A DNA stretch of 24,128 nucleotides. It comes from a virus. Lineage: Duplodnaviria > Heunggongvirae > Uroviricota > Caudoviricetes. Location of the stretch: IMG/VR virus record IMGVR_UViG_2529293139_000010. One strand, 5' to 3'. Below are positions 1 to 8,557 of the stretch, in pieces (position 1 is the first letter of the stretch; every line of letters starts with the position of its first letter). The notes under the pieces are model-generated. The model ran no database searches. It was not told where the DNA came from and was given only the letters and a program-made list of their open reading frames with translations. The translations under genes and the position numbers were made by a program.

Positions 1-1293
1 TTATGCAGCCCTCACAATGTAGTTAAATGCGATGTTGCGTGGACGGACACCGAAATAAGAAGTAACACCATTCATTGTCAAATTTCCAGAGCCAAAAGCG
101 GTAAAACCAGAACCAGCATTAACTGCCGAATCCGCGTTTCTGACAAAGTTTTTGGGAGGTGAACCGGAGACACCAGCCGAAATATCATCAGCGTTACCGC
201 CATTGCCGTGGTGGTTAGTTATCTTTGTTTCCGCCTGCGCCGTCAACAAACCTCGTCCAGAGTCAACCCCGCGCCCGTCATCCCAGCCGCGAATAAACTC
301 ACCACGTAAATCAGGCAATTTATTTGTCGGATAAGCCTTTGCCAGTTCCGGGTATTCTTCAGCAGAAAAAGCTGCACCATTGCATTTCAGCCAGCCTGTT
401 GGCGGAGTGGCTGAAGGCCACGGAACAGGGACACCAACAGGTAATGCAGAGCCTTCTCCCAAACCAAGGTATGCGAGAAGACCAGCCACATCTTTTCCAC
501 TCAAATGAGTCAGCGTCTCATCCAGTGGTTGCTTACCTGACAGCGCATTGTTAATGGTGGTGCTGAATTTCGGGTCATTGTTAATGGCTGCGGCAATTTC
601 TTTCAGTGTATCCAGCGTGGCAGGCGCACCGTTAATCAGAGCGGTAATAGCGGCCTGAACAAACGCAGTGGTCGCAATCCGCGTGGTGTTATTTCCTGCG
701 GCAGGCGTCGGCGCTTTTGGTTCTCCGGTAAATGTCGGATTATGTTTCTGTGCATACTGGGTATGAGGATCCTGTGCGGCAATGTGGTTTCTCATCTGGT
801 CATCCACATACAGCCTTAATTCCAGGACTTCATCATCCACGTATTTACGGGTCGCCAGTACCACCGACGGGTCGATTTTCAGCGTGATGGCTTCGGTATT
901 CGAGACAACCAGAATCATGCGGATAGTCTGGGTACGACCGCTGCCTTCCTGCAACTGCGGTTTGTACGTTTCCGGGCAGTTTGCCACCGCAATGAGTACG
1001 CCTTCATCATCATAAAGCCCAATCTCACGGATCCAGAATCCGCCCTCGTTCTCAGGGATGATTTGCTCCGCAATAATCTGGCTCTGGTTGTTCGGGTCAA
1101 CACTCAGAAGATTCAGCGGCGCGATGCGTTTCTGGTTAATCAGTTTTGTCTGTGCCGGGTCTGGTGTCGGCAAGACACCATTCGCATCACCAACGGCCAT
1201 TTGCGTCAGATTCAGCTTACTGCCGAGCATCGTCGCGTTAGCCAGCCGTGCTGCGCCCTGATTAGTCAGAATGGCGTAGTATTTCACTGTCAT
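1..1293 (-). CDS. H: Tail fiber protein (P2 gpH-like); complete 430-aa ORF whose stop codon sits at window positions 1-3
   Basis: ORF track 1..1293 (-). N-terminus MTVKYYAILTNQGAARLANATMLGSKLNLTQMAVGDANGV resembles P2-family tail fiber N-terminal (baseplate-attachment) region as I recall it; position immediately downstream of gpI matches P2 synteny (V-W-J-I-H). Shorter than the 669 aa I recall for P2 H, implying a different distal receptor-binding part. Confidence 0.8.
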   Translation of the reverse strand: MTVKYYAILTNQGAARLANATMLGSKLNLTQMAVGDANGVLPTPDPAQTKLINQKRIAPLNLLSVDPNNQSQIIAEQIIPENEGGFWIREIGLYDDEGVLIAVANCPETYKPQLQEGSGRTQTIRMILVVSNTEAITLKIDPSVVLATRKYVDDEVLELRLYVDDQMRNHIAAQDPHTQYAQKHNPTFTGEPKAPTPAAGNNTTRIATTAFVQAAITALINGAPATLDTLKEIAAAINNDPKFSTTINNALSGKQPLDETLTHLSGKDVAGLLAYLGLGEGSALPVGVPVPWPSATPPTGWLKCNGAAFSAEEYPELAKAYPTNKLPDLRGEFIRGWDDGRGVDSGRGLLTAQAETKITNHHGNGGNADDISAGVSGSPPKNFVRNADSAVNAGSGFTAFGSGNLTMNGVTSYFGVRPRNIAFNYIVRAA

Positions 1294-1901
1294 GCGTTTA
1301 CTCTCAGGTTATCAATTAAATGAATGGCCGAGGCCGGGAAATAATCCCCTCCGACAATAATGGCCTCCGGGGTGTAGGGATAAACCGTCATGGCGTCACC
1401 GTGATAGCATCCCGCACCGGCAAAAATGTTGCCGGTTGTACTTAAACTGATAGCCAGTCCCGTCAGATGGCGGCTCGCCGGTTTTGCATCAGCAACGAGG
1501 CGCTCCAGCTCCTGATACATTTCTTCGGTAATACCCTGCTCAAGCACGCCAACAACGATACGGAACGTCCCCGGCTCCTCGTTGAGCTGCCACCACTCCC
1601 TTACCTCAATCAGATAGCCGAGCGGCTCCACCACACGCCGGATTGCGCCTATAGTGCCCTTATGGCAGTGAATGAAATACGCATCGCGGATAACAGCGCG
1701 TTTTGTCGCTTCCGGCCATTTATCATCCCAGCGGTCAACCGAAAATGACCACGCCAGCCACGGCAGCAGATTTGCCGGGCAGGTGTCCGGGTTCCACAGC
1801 TCACGAATACTGACCGGCGTTTTTTCAATTTCCGCACAGGCTTTTGCGGCGGCAACTTCAAGCGGTGATGAGCCGGTCGGCAGCAGTCGCGAATCACTCA
1901 T
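1290..1901 (-). CDS. I: Baseplate/tail assembly protein I (P2 gpI-like)
   Basis: ORF track 1290..1901 (-), 203 aa beginning MSDSRLLPTGSSPLEVAAAKA; 4-nt overlap with H start region and 8-nt overlap with J end indicate translational coupling; synteny J-I-H. Confidence 0.8.
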   Translation of the reverse strand: MSDSRLLPTGSSPLEVAAAKACAEIEKTPVSIRELWNPDTCPANLLPWLAWSFSVDRWDDKWPEATKRAVIRDAYFIHCHKGTIGAIRRVVEPLGYLIEVREWWQLNEEPGTFRIVVGVLEQGITEEMYQELERLVADAKPASRHLTGLAISLSTTGNIFAGAGCYHGDAMTVYPYTPEAIIVGGDYFPASAIHLIDNLRVNA

Positions 1902-2802
1902 CCGAGCCTCCGGTCACGACGCTGTATTCGGTACAGAAAGACGCCTGCGTATTGTTGAGCACGATGTCGGCCAGTGGTGCAGCCAGTTCGACACGCTGCA
2001 CGCCTTCAACATGCAAAGCGGCATAAATGGCAGACAGACGGATGTCGCGCCCCAGCCGGTGCTGTGCCGTGATGTACGCTTCCAGTTTTTTCACGGCGGC
2101 AGCGCGGATGGGTTCGCTTTCGGGGCCAGGGTAAAGGTAAAGCGTGGCGTTTATCTGGTATTCAACGATGGCGGCAGACTGCACGGTCACGCGGTCGGCC
2201 ACTGGCCTGACGTCCTCGCCATTAAGGGCGTTACGCACCACGGCCAGCAGGTCTTCGGATGCAACACCGTTATTTTCACGTGACAGCACAGAGATGGTGA
2301 CGCAGGCCGGAGACGGACTGGTGACAGAGATATCTGCGACGCGCCCGTCGGCACTGCGACCATGATACTGATAGGCTCCCACCGACCCGGCGACGCTTAA
2401 ACCTTCAAACGCCTGCTGAATACGCAGACGATAATCGGTGTCAGACTCCATCACTGCCGGTGTCGGCGGGATGGTCGAATCATCTGCCGGGGTGATAGTC
2501 AGGCGCGTGGTGTTGTAATTGGCACCAATCACATCAAGGTCATTACCGGCGGCACAGGCCAGCATCACCGCCCGTGCGGCCTCATTCACACGCTGACGCC
2601 AGATAAGCTCACGATAAGCATTTTCCTCCAGCAGCTTGACGAGAGGCTCGGATTCCAGCGTCAGGGTACGGGCGACCGCCTCCTGCTGGTCTTCCGGGTA
2701 AAGGGAAATCAGTGTCGCCTTGCGTTCGGCGAGAATGGTTTCAAAGTCCAGCTCCTCGACCACATCCGGTGCGGGTAGCTGGTTCAGGTCGATAATCGGC
2801 AT
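1894..2802 (-). CDS. J: Baseplate assembly protein J (P2 gpJ-like)
   Basis: ORF track 1894..2802 (-), 302 aa (same length I recall for P2 J); position between W and I. Confidence 0.85.
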   Translation of the reverse strand: MPIIDLNQLPAPDVVEELDFETILAERKATLISLYPEDQQEAVARTLTLESEPLVKLLEENAYRELIWRQRVNEAARAVMLACAAGNDLDVIGANYNTTRLTITPADDSTIPPTPAVMESDTDYRLRIQQAFEGLSVAGSVGAYQYHGRSADGRVADISVTSPSPACVTISVLSRENNGVASEDLLAVVRNALNGEDVRPVADRVTVQSAAIVEYQINATLYLYPGPESEPIRAAAVKKLEAYITAQHRLGRDIRLSAIYAALHVEGVQRVELAAPLADIVLNNTQASFCTEYSVVTGGSDE

Positions 2803-2806
2803 GGTT

Positions 2807-3154
2807 TCAACTCACAGGGATGGTTAACGAAAGTGGCTGGCCGGTGTCGTTGTGCTGGCCGGTTAACGTGACCGTCATTCGCCCGTCAAAACTGCGCGCC
2901 GTAGTGACGGATGACAGGGTGACGCGGGGTTCCCATTTCAGCACCGCCATGTAACAGGCGACCTTAATCTGCAACTCAAGCGCCTGGGTCTGCGGCTGGT
3001 CAATCATTGATGCCAGCAACGAGCCGTAATCACGACGCATCACCCGTGAGCCGACCGGTGTGCGCAGGATATCGCCGATACTCTGGCTGATATGCTCAAG
3101 GTCAGTGACAGTCAGGCCATCACTGCGATTCATTCCGAGATAACGTGCTGTCAT
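2807..3154 (-). CDS. W: Baseplate protein W (GPW/gp25-like)
   Basis: ORF track 2807..3154 (-), 115 aa; small GPW-type baseplate protein between V and J; 4-nt overlap with V stop. Confidence 0.85.
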   Translation of the reverse strand: MTARYLGMNRSDGLTVTDLEHISQSIGDILRTPVGSRVMRRDYGSLLASMIDQPQTQALELQIKVACYMAVLKWEPRVTLSSVTTARSFDGRMTVTLTGQHNDTGQPLSLTIPVS

Positions 3155-3786
3155 AGAGGACTCCCGGTTGTGCCGCCGCTGTCTCCTGGGTGTTTGTGGG
3201 TATGCAGTACCTTACCGTTTGATGAGAGTTCACCGCCGGTGTGTTCAATGTTGCCGCGCATCGTCCCGCCCTTCTGCACTTCCAGCGTGCCGGTAATCAG
3301 CCTGTTGGTGCAGACCACCTCCGGTGTGTCCAGGGTGACGCGGGTTGATGCTTTCACCATGACCACCGGCACCGTGGCAGTAACAGAATCAGAAGCCGTC
3401 ACGCTGACCGTTTTAATTCCGCTTACCGTGAGTGCACTGGTTTCGGGTTCATATTCAATCACCGCCCCGTCAGGGAAACGGATATGCAGGGCATCCGCCG
3501 ACGCAGACGGCGCGGGGTTATCGCCGGAATAAATCCCCGGCAGAACGAACGCCGTGTCGAGTTCACCGCCCACGGCCAGAATCAGCACCTGTTCCCCCAC
3601 GGAAGGTGCCCACCATGTGCGCGAACGTCCTGCGCGATGGGTCAGCCACTGAAGCCAGTCGGTGCACATGCCGCCGGTCTGCACACGGCAGCGACCGGCG
3701 TTAAGGTCGGTTTCGACGATAATGCCGGTGCGGATCATGTTGCGCAGTGCGCGCGCGAGTTCCTGGATATTTGCGAGTGTTTTCAT
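3151..3786 (-). CDS. V: Baseplate spike / assembly protein V (P2 gpV-like)
   Basis: ORF track 3151..3822 (-) begins at a TTG; I place the start at the internal ATG (rev-comp of 3784-3786, MKTLANIQELARAL...) giving 211 aa, the length I recall for P2 V. First gene of the V-W-J-I-H operon. Confidence 0.85.
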   Translation of the reverse strand: MKTLANIQELARALRNMIRTGIIVETDLNAGRCRVQTGGMCTDWLQWLTHRAGRSRTWWAPSVGEQVLILAVGGELDTAFVLPGIYSGDNPAPSASADALHIRFPDGAVIEYEPETSALTVSGIKTVSVTASDSVTATVPVVMVKASTRVTLDTPEVVCTNRLITGTLEVQKGGTMRGNIEHTGGELSSNGKVLHTHKHPGDSGGTTGSPL

Positions 3787-3843
3787 AAGATCTAGCATGC
3801 TGCTGAGAACTGATGAGAACAATAAAAGAGTGTTTTTCTAAGG

Positions 3844-3876
3844 TTGACACAACACTCCATTTGAAGTGAATATAAT
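3844..3876 (+). promoter_or_regulatory. Candidate sigma70-type promoter upstream of the RelA/SpoT cargo gene (TTGACA ... TATAAT)
   Basis: Exact TTGACA at 3844-3849 and exact TATAAT at 3871-3876 on the plus strand, about 45 bp upstream of the cargo start. The spacer is 21 nt, longer than the canonical 16-18, so the true -35 may differ. The same 3787-3919 interval must also hold the minus-strand late promoter for V. Confidence 0.3.
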
Positions 3877-3919
3877 GATTACTTAACTGGCAAAAAAACA
3901 TCCTCACTAATTGGAGCCA

Positions 3920-5010
3920 ATGGATACACGCATGTCAGACATTCTAATTACTTATGATGAACGGAAAGATAAATTTGAGTCCTATGCCCTTACTCTTAAA
4001 TCGTTATTAACCACGTTAATTCGCAATGAAAAAATTTCAATTCACTCACTTGAATCAAGAGTTAAAACAAAAAAAGCCTTGAAGGTAAGATTAATAAAAA
4101 GGGAAAATACAAGTCTATAGATGATATTACTGATATCGTTGGTATCAGGATCATCACACATTATGCCGATGATGTTGATAAGATAGCTGCTATAGTTGAA
4201 AAGGAGTTCACCATTGACCAAGAGAACTCTATTGATAAAAGAACCTCAATTGCGCCTGATAAATTTGGTTACCTATCACTTCATTATATAGTAACTTTAA
4301 ACTCAACCAGAACAAACTTAAAAGAATATGAAGTATATAAAAACATCAAAGCCGAATTACAAATACGATCAATCCTTCAGCATGCCTGGGCGGAGATTGA
4401 ACACGACATTGGTTATAAGTCGGCCACAGGACTGCCTAATGAAATAAGAAGATACTTTTCACGCTTAGCTGGTCTTTTAGAAATGGCCGATGATGAATTT
4501 ATTAAAATCAGAAAAAAGATTTCTGAACGGCAGAAAGAGGTTGCAAAAGAACTAGAGCAAGGAACTAGTGATTCAGTTTTAGATATTTTCACTTTGGATG
4601 AATTCTTAAACACAAGTCGAGTTATGAGTGAACTTTCAGAAGAGATAAAAGAAAAAACAGGAATCACAGTACATGGCCGATACAAGGATAAAGATTTGGG
4701 ATACCTACTAAATGGTTTAAACCTAGCCAACATAACTACAATAGAACAACTCAATCAAAAACTCTCACAAATGAAAAAGCAGATAGTAGATAGAATATTC
4801 TGCTTCGGAGAACCATTTATTAATTATTACAGAGAAACCACCATGCCAAAAGAAGCTCTTTTGAGTTATTTATGTCAAATTATCGTTGCGTTTCAAAACT
4901 CACCTTCGTTAGAATCTGAATTTAATAACAAAGCAGGTTTAAATCTGAAAAACAGAGATATCTCCGATTTTTTCTCGAATATAAGAGAAAACATAAGCAC
5001 ACAACCTTAG
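3920..5010 (+). CDS. RelA/SpoT-domain (small alarmone synthetase-like, fused toxSAS / CapRel-like) protein; reading frame interrupted by a -1 shift at an A7 tract (4069-4075)
   Basis: Track ORF 3911..4120 (+) ends RVKTKKALKVRLIKRENTSL*; shifting -1 after the A7 run gives ...KTKKSLEGKINKKGKYKSIDDITDIVGIRIITHYADD...FGYLSLHYIV...ELQIRSILQHAWAEIEHDIGYK, the signature order of RelA/SpoT synthetase motifs (G-loop D-x-x-G-x-R-I, GY-S-L-H, QIR-x-x-x-QHAWAE-x-EH), continuous with track ORF 4483..5010. The catalytic frame has a TAA at 4063-4065 and no upstream start of its own. About 160 aa of C-terminal extension follow the synthetase core, with no separate antitoxin ORF. Region is visibly AT-rich. 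Confidence 0.7.
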
Positions 5011-5039
5011 CTTTAGTTTTAACGTATTCTAACAGAAGA

Positions 5040-5065
5040 CTGCTGCCGGTAAGCACCGGCAGCAG
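5040..5065. terminator. Perfect 11-bp-stem hairpin between convergent cargo gene and S (CTGCTGCCGGT-AAGC-ACCGGCAGCAG)
   Basis: Inverted repeat read directly: 5040-5050 is the reverse complement of 5055-5065, with a 4-nt loop. No clean U-run on either side, so terminator function is inferred from position at the end of the late O..S operon and of the cargo gene. Confidence 0.35.
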
Positions 5066-5090
5066 CAATGAGGTGTCGGGAATGACACAA

Positions 5091-5543
5091 CTAACGCTCA
5101 AGGTGAGCCAGGATAATCTCTTCAATCATCTGCACATCCTCACCGGTAAAGCCGAGCAGAGGACGCGCCGGATAATCAATTTTCTTACCGTCTTTCCGGT
5201 TTTCTTCCGACAGACCGAACTGATGCACACTGGCGATTTTCGGCGACTTCCCGCCGTAAAATTCCATTGATGCCTGTTCCGGGCTGGCGCGGATATGCAA
5301 AAAACGACTGGTGATAAGTTTCGCAAACATTTTTCGCTTAACACGACCGGTCTTTTTTCTGGCGCTCTGCTGCTGGCGTGGCGCGTAGGGTGTGCCGTCC
5401 GGGGCTTTCTGTGCCATCACCCGACGCTGCTGACTCTGCCGCAGACGCTTCGCCAGCTCTGCACTCAGCCGCCGACGCCCTGACGGTGACAGCGGCTCAA
5501 TAAGTCCGGTCAGCCGGTCTTCAAAACGCTTAAACTCATTCAT
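5091..5543 (-). CDS. S: Tail completion protein S (P2 gpS-like)
   Basis: ORF track 5091..5543 (-), 150 aa (length I recall for P2 S); follows R with an 8-nt overlap. Confidence 0.85.
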   Translation of the reverse strand: MNEFKRFEDRLTGLIEPLSPSGRRRLSAELAKRLRQSQQRRVMAQKAPDGTPYAPRQQQSARKKTGRVKRKMFAKLITSRFLHIRASPEQASMEFYGGKSPKIASVHQFGLSEENRKDGKKIDYPARPLLGFTGEDVQMIEEIILAHLER

Positions 5544-6003
5544 CCCACTTGCTCACCAGTTCGCCATTGATATAAAGCTCCATCGGGCGGGTGACCGGTT
5601 CCGGCGGCGGGGGTTCCGGGATATTCTTCACATGCAGCGCACCGTCAACCTCACTGACCAGCGTGCGCTCGGTCAGCATCAGGCTGATGCTGATATCAAA
5701 GCTGCTGTCATTGTTGATGTCTGCATAAAACGTGAAGCCCTTTTTCTGGCCTTCGTCGGTGGTCATGATGTCGGGCTGATTTTCCCGCAACCACGCCAGC
5801 ACCGGCACGATGAGCAGGTCAAAATCACCGGTAAAGTCGGTCACAATGACATTGAGCGTGTAACGCTTTTCGAATGACAGCGACGCAGCCAGTGTGGAGG
5901 CAATGCTCCCGTTATCCACGAATATCCGCAGCATCTCGGGGCTTGTTTTCAGCACCGTGACGGCATCAGTCAGCGCCCTGCGCAGGCTGTCGGGTTTGAG
6001 CAT
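5536..6003 (-). CDS. R: Tail completion protein R (P2 gpR-like)
   Basis: ORF track 5536..6003 (-), 155 aa; sits between the lysis cassette and S as in P2. Confidence 0.85.
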   Translation of the reverse strand: MLKPDSLRRALTDAVTVLKTSPEMLRIFVDNGSIASTLAASLSFEKRYTLNVIVTDFTGDFDLLIVPVLAWLRENQPDIMTTDEGQKKGFTFYADINNDSSFDISISLMLTERTLVSEVDGALHVKNIPEPPPPEPVTRPMELYINGELVSKWDE

Positions 6004-6256
6004 CGTTTTCGTCCTGACAGTGTTTAATCATTTTTACCTGGCTGGCACAGCGTGCCAGCGCGTTCTCAAGCTGCCGGATATCAGCACTTAAATCGCCGTT
6101 CGTCTCCGGGTCACTGCCCGGCATCGGGCAAAGGCTCACTTTCGGGCAGGCGTTGTGGACAATCACTGGCGTCGGTGCAGGCCGGACGCTGGTGCAACCG
6201 GCGCACAGCATCAGGCAGGTCAGCGCCATACCAGCGGCGAAAATCCTCGTTTTCAT
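5966..6256 (-). CDS. lysC: LysC, outer-membrane spanin lipoprotein (Rz1-like), embedded out of frame in lysB
   Basis: Track ORF 5966..6295 (-); start placed at the internal Met giving MKTRIFAAGMALTCLMLCAGC..., a signal peptide ending in a lipobox-like L-C-A-G-C; Pro-rich mature part; embedded in the 3' half of lysB as in P2. Confidence 0.6.
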   Translation of the reverse strand: MKTRIFAAGMALTCLMLCAGCTSVRPAPTPVIVHNACPKVSLCPMPGSDPETNGDLSADIRQLENALARCASQVKMIKHCQDENDAQTRQPAQGAD

Positions 6257-6536
6257 TAAGTAACCTCGTGATGGTTTTCTCGCGCAGTGCTTCACGCTTC
6301 GCGGCGTTTTCCAGCGCCTGACGCAGTGTCACCTGCGCCAGCTCGTTTTTGTCTGCCCTGGTGAGGGCAACATGAAGCTGATTTTTCAGCATGGTGATGG
6401 TCGTCTGCTGTTCACTGGCGACGCTGTTCGCCCTGTCCAGCGAGGCGCGCAGGCTGGCATTTTTGTGTTTCACCAGAAACAGACCGGCCACCGCCAGCGA
6501 TAACAACACGACCAGCACAATCATCAGCTTTGACAT
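6111..6536 (-). CDS. lysB: LysB, inner-membrane spanin (Rz-like)
   Basis: ORF track 6111..6536 (-), 141 aa with N-terminal TM helix (MSKLMIVLVVLLSLAVAGLFLV) followed by a charged helical periplasmic domain; position after lysA. Confidence 0.75.
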   Translation of the reverse strand: MSKLMIVLVVLLSLAVAGLFLVKHKNASLRASLDRANSVASEQQTTITMLKNQLHVALTRADKNELAQVTLRQALENAAKREALREKTITRLLNENEDFRRWYGADLPDAVRRLHQRPACTDASDCPQRLPESEPLPDAGQ

Positions 6537-6949
6537 GGTTCCCGTCCCTCAAGACGCTGACGACAGGCTTTACGTATCAGCCGGAAAAACAGCGACGCCA
6601 CAAGATAAATCAGCGCGGTAAAAATCCACCCGGCAGCGACCAGCGAGATAAACGTCGCCACCATCACCACCAGAGCCGCTGCCCGCCTGCGCCACGGCAC
6701 CGGCTGCAAAAACAGCGACGTGACAATCTTCACGGCCAGCGATTCCGGCGGCAGCTCCCGCCCGTAGCGTTCAAGTACATACTCAGTGGCATACACGCCG
6801 ACACCACCGGCAACCATACAGATAACCGTCTCCAGAATCGCCCAGGTGGCGACAAAATTGACGACCACGCTCTGCGGGTAAATCAGGGACAGTGCCAGCA
6901 TCAGCGCCAGCGACACGTTCAGCATCAGTGAAATGAATAATTTCTTCAT
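6524..6949 (-). CDS. lysA: LysA, lysis-timing membrane protein
   Basis: ORF track 6524..6949 (-), 141 aa, multiple hydrophobic helices; position between endolysin K and lysB. Confidence 0.7.
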   Translation of the reverse strand: MKKLFISLMLNVSLALMLALSLIYPQSVVVNFVATWAILETVICMVAGGVGVYATEYVLERYGRELPPESLAVKIVTSLFLQPVPWRRRAAALVVMVATFISLVAAGWIFTALIYLVASLFFRLIRKACRQRLEGREPCQS

Positions 6950-6963
6950 GGTGTTTACTCCGT

Positions 6964-7461
6964 TTAAGCCGGTACGCCGCCAGCGGTACGCCAGACGGTG
7001 ACCAGTTTTTCCAGTGAATGCTCACGCTGACCGTAACCGGCACCCGGCAGGGACGCCCAGATATTGCGACAGCGTGAAATGGCGCGCTCAATGCGTCCCG
7101 CCCGGATGTCATCCAGTGCACCGCGTTCGCGGATCAACTGAATGGCGAGTCTGTCCTGCGACAACGGACTGAAATCCGGCAGGGCAAGCTGTTTGCGGTA
7201 GTGCGGCCAGAACAGGTAAAGCTGCTGATAGCGACCGGAGGCCGTGGATTTTTCACCGCGACGGTTAAACACCTTCGCCGGTCGGCCATGCGCGAACGGG
7301 TGGTCACTGTAGTCGGTGAAAATTTCCGGCTTTCCGTCCAGTCCGGTGACTATCACGTCATAGCCCCGGTTTTTCGTCAGCGGATGATTCGCCGTCCCTT
7401 CGGACACCGCCAGCATGTCGAGAAAGGCGGCGATATTCTGGTGCGTGTTAATTACCGGCAT
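6964..7461 (-). CDS. K: Endolysin (P2 gpK-like phage lysozyme)
   Basis: ORF track 6964..7461 (-), 165 aa; lysis-cassette position directly after holin Y with a 1-nt overlap. Confidence 0.85.
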   Translation of the reverse strand: MPVINTHQNIAAFLDMLAVSEGTANHPLTKNRGYDVIVTGLDGKPEIFTDYSDHPFAHGRPAKVFNRRGEKSTASGRYQQLYLFWPHYRKQLALPDFSPLSQDRLAIQLIRERGALDDIRAGRIERAISRCRNIWASLPGAGYGQREHSLEKLVTVWRTAGGVPA

Positions 7462-7742
7462 TACGGTTTCCCCCTGCCCTTAAAGCGGCGCTGAATGGCA
7501 ATCTCAATCACCTGATAACCGGCGATACCCAGCATGGAGCCGATGCCGCACACCGCAGGCAGTGACAGGTCAGGAAACTGCACCAGAACAACACCGGCAA
7601 CCATCGAGACAAAACCACCGAGCAACATGCGCCCGATAAACAGACGCGGGGTGATGGGTTCACCACCGGCAAGCACCTTGCCGACAACAATCAGCACCCC
7701 AATCATGAAAAGCGACAGGACGCTTTTTTCTTCTGCTGTCAT
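7461..7742 (-). CDS. Y: Holin (P2 gpY-like)
   Basis: ORF track 7461..7742 (-), 93 aa, hydrophobic TM segments and a basic C-terminus (RRFKGRGKP), typical of holins; immediately upstream of K. Confidence 0.8.
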   Translation of the reverse strand: MTAEEKSVLSLFMIGVLIVVGKVLAGGEPITPRLFIGRMLLGGFVSMVAGVVLVQFPDLSLPAVCGIGSMLGIAGYQVIEIAIQRRFKGRGKP

Positions 7743-7745
7743 GCG

Positions 7746-7949
7746 TTACTCCCACAGATTGACAGTTTCAGCCACGGGCGCGGTCTGAACGTCGGGCAGT
7801 TCGACGGCGGTGCCATGTGGCAGCACCGCCCCCAGTTCAGCCAGTCCCGAATTTGCGGCGAGCACGGTCTCAACCACGCCCTCAGTGCGCCCGTAATACC
7901 GGACACAAATGGCGTCGAGCGTGTCGCCCTGTAGCGCAAAGGTCTTCAT
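7746..7949 (-). CDS. X: Tail protein X (LysM-like, P2 gpX-like)
   Basis: Track ORF 7746..8018 (-); start placed at internal Met MKTFALQGDTLDAICVRYYG..., giving 67 aa and avoiding overlap with the L coding region. Confidence 0.75.
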   Translation of the reverse strand: MKTFALQGDTLDAICVRYYGRTEGVVETVLAANSGLAELGAVLPHGTAVELPDVQTAPVAETVNLWE

Positions 7950-8458
7950 CAGATTTGGCTCACGATGCAGCGCGGCTTGTCCTGGATGCGCGCCACTGCC
8001 CAGCGCATATCCCGCCACAGCTCATCAATGGTGCTGTCAATGCTGTCGGCCTTCTTGTCGCCTTTCGCACTGGCATCCACGCCGCGATAACGCTCATAAA
8101 GCGACGCGGTCGCCATCGCACACACGGCGCGCTCGTAGTAAAAAACTTTGATGCTTTCACCGTCGATGTCGTCCGCCGGAACGTCCGCCAGACGCGTAAA
8201 ACCGGCGGCAATTTTCTGTTCGCGGTACTCGTACAGCTCCGCATTCGTTTCAGCCATGCCTGACTTGATGGCCTCACGCAGACGGGCGGGGGCGACGGTC
8301 TGCTCAAGGCGCATACGTTCCCGGACGCGCTTCGGGTCGATATCGGGAAAAAAGAACGTGTTTTTAATCACCGGCTCGTCGCCTGCCGGTTGCGGGATGA
8401 CCACCGTACCCTCACCGGACACGGGAGCCTCCTTTCGCGGAATAATCAGCGTCATCAT
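7949..8458 (-). CDS. L: Head completion protein (P2 gpL-like)
   Basis: Track ORF 7949..8518 (-); start placed at the tandem ATG ATG (rev-comp of 8453-8458, MMTLIIPRKEAPV...) preceded by GAGG, giving 169 aa. Confidence 0.8.
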   Translation of the reverse strand: MMTLIIPRKEAPVSGEGTVVIPQPAGDEPVIKNTFFFPDIDPKRVRERMRLEQTVAPARLREAIKSGMAETNAELYEYREQKIAAGFTRLADVPADDIDGESIKVFYYERAVCAMATASLYERYRGVDASAKGDKKADSIDSTIDELWRDMRWAVARIQDKPRCIVSQI

Positions 8459-8557
8459 GACTACCTCTGAAAAGTCGGGCGGTGGACGCCGGTGCAGTGT
8501 CAGGTGATTCACCCTCACTGACCGGCGTGCCGCCCTGGCGCGGGGCGCATTCGGTTG

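Noticed and set aside
1672-2283. Long plus-strand ORF (203 aa) and several other ORFs lying antisense to or nested within the structural genes (for example 8555..9154 +, 11492..12202 -, 12716..13165 -, 7817..8263 +, 3092..3532 +)
   Set aside because: They overlap well-supported P2-family genes on the opposite strand or in another frame. GC-rich DNA produces long stop-free shadow frames; there is no RBS or synteny support.
3911-4120. Stand-alone 69-aa ORF upstream of the RelA/SpoT domain
   Set aside because: Its sequence is the natural N-terminus of the RelA/SpoT protein and joins the catalytic domain through a -1 shift at the A7 tract; reported as one frameshifted gene instead.
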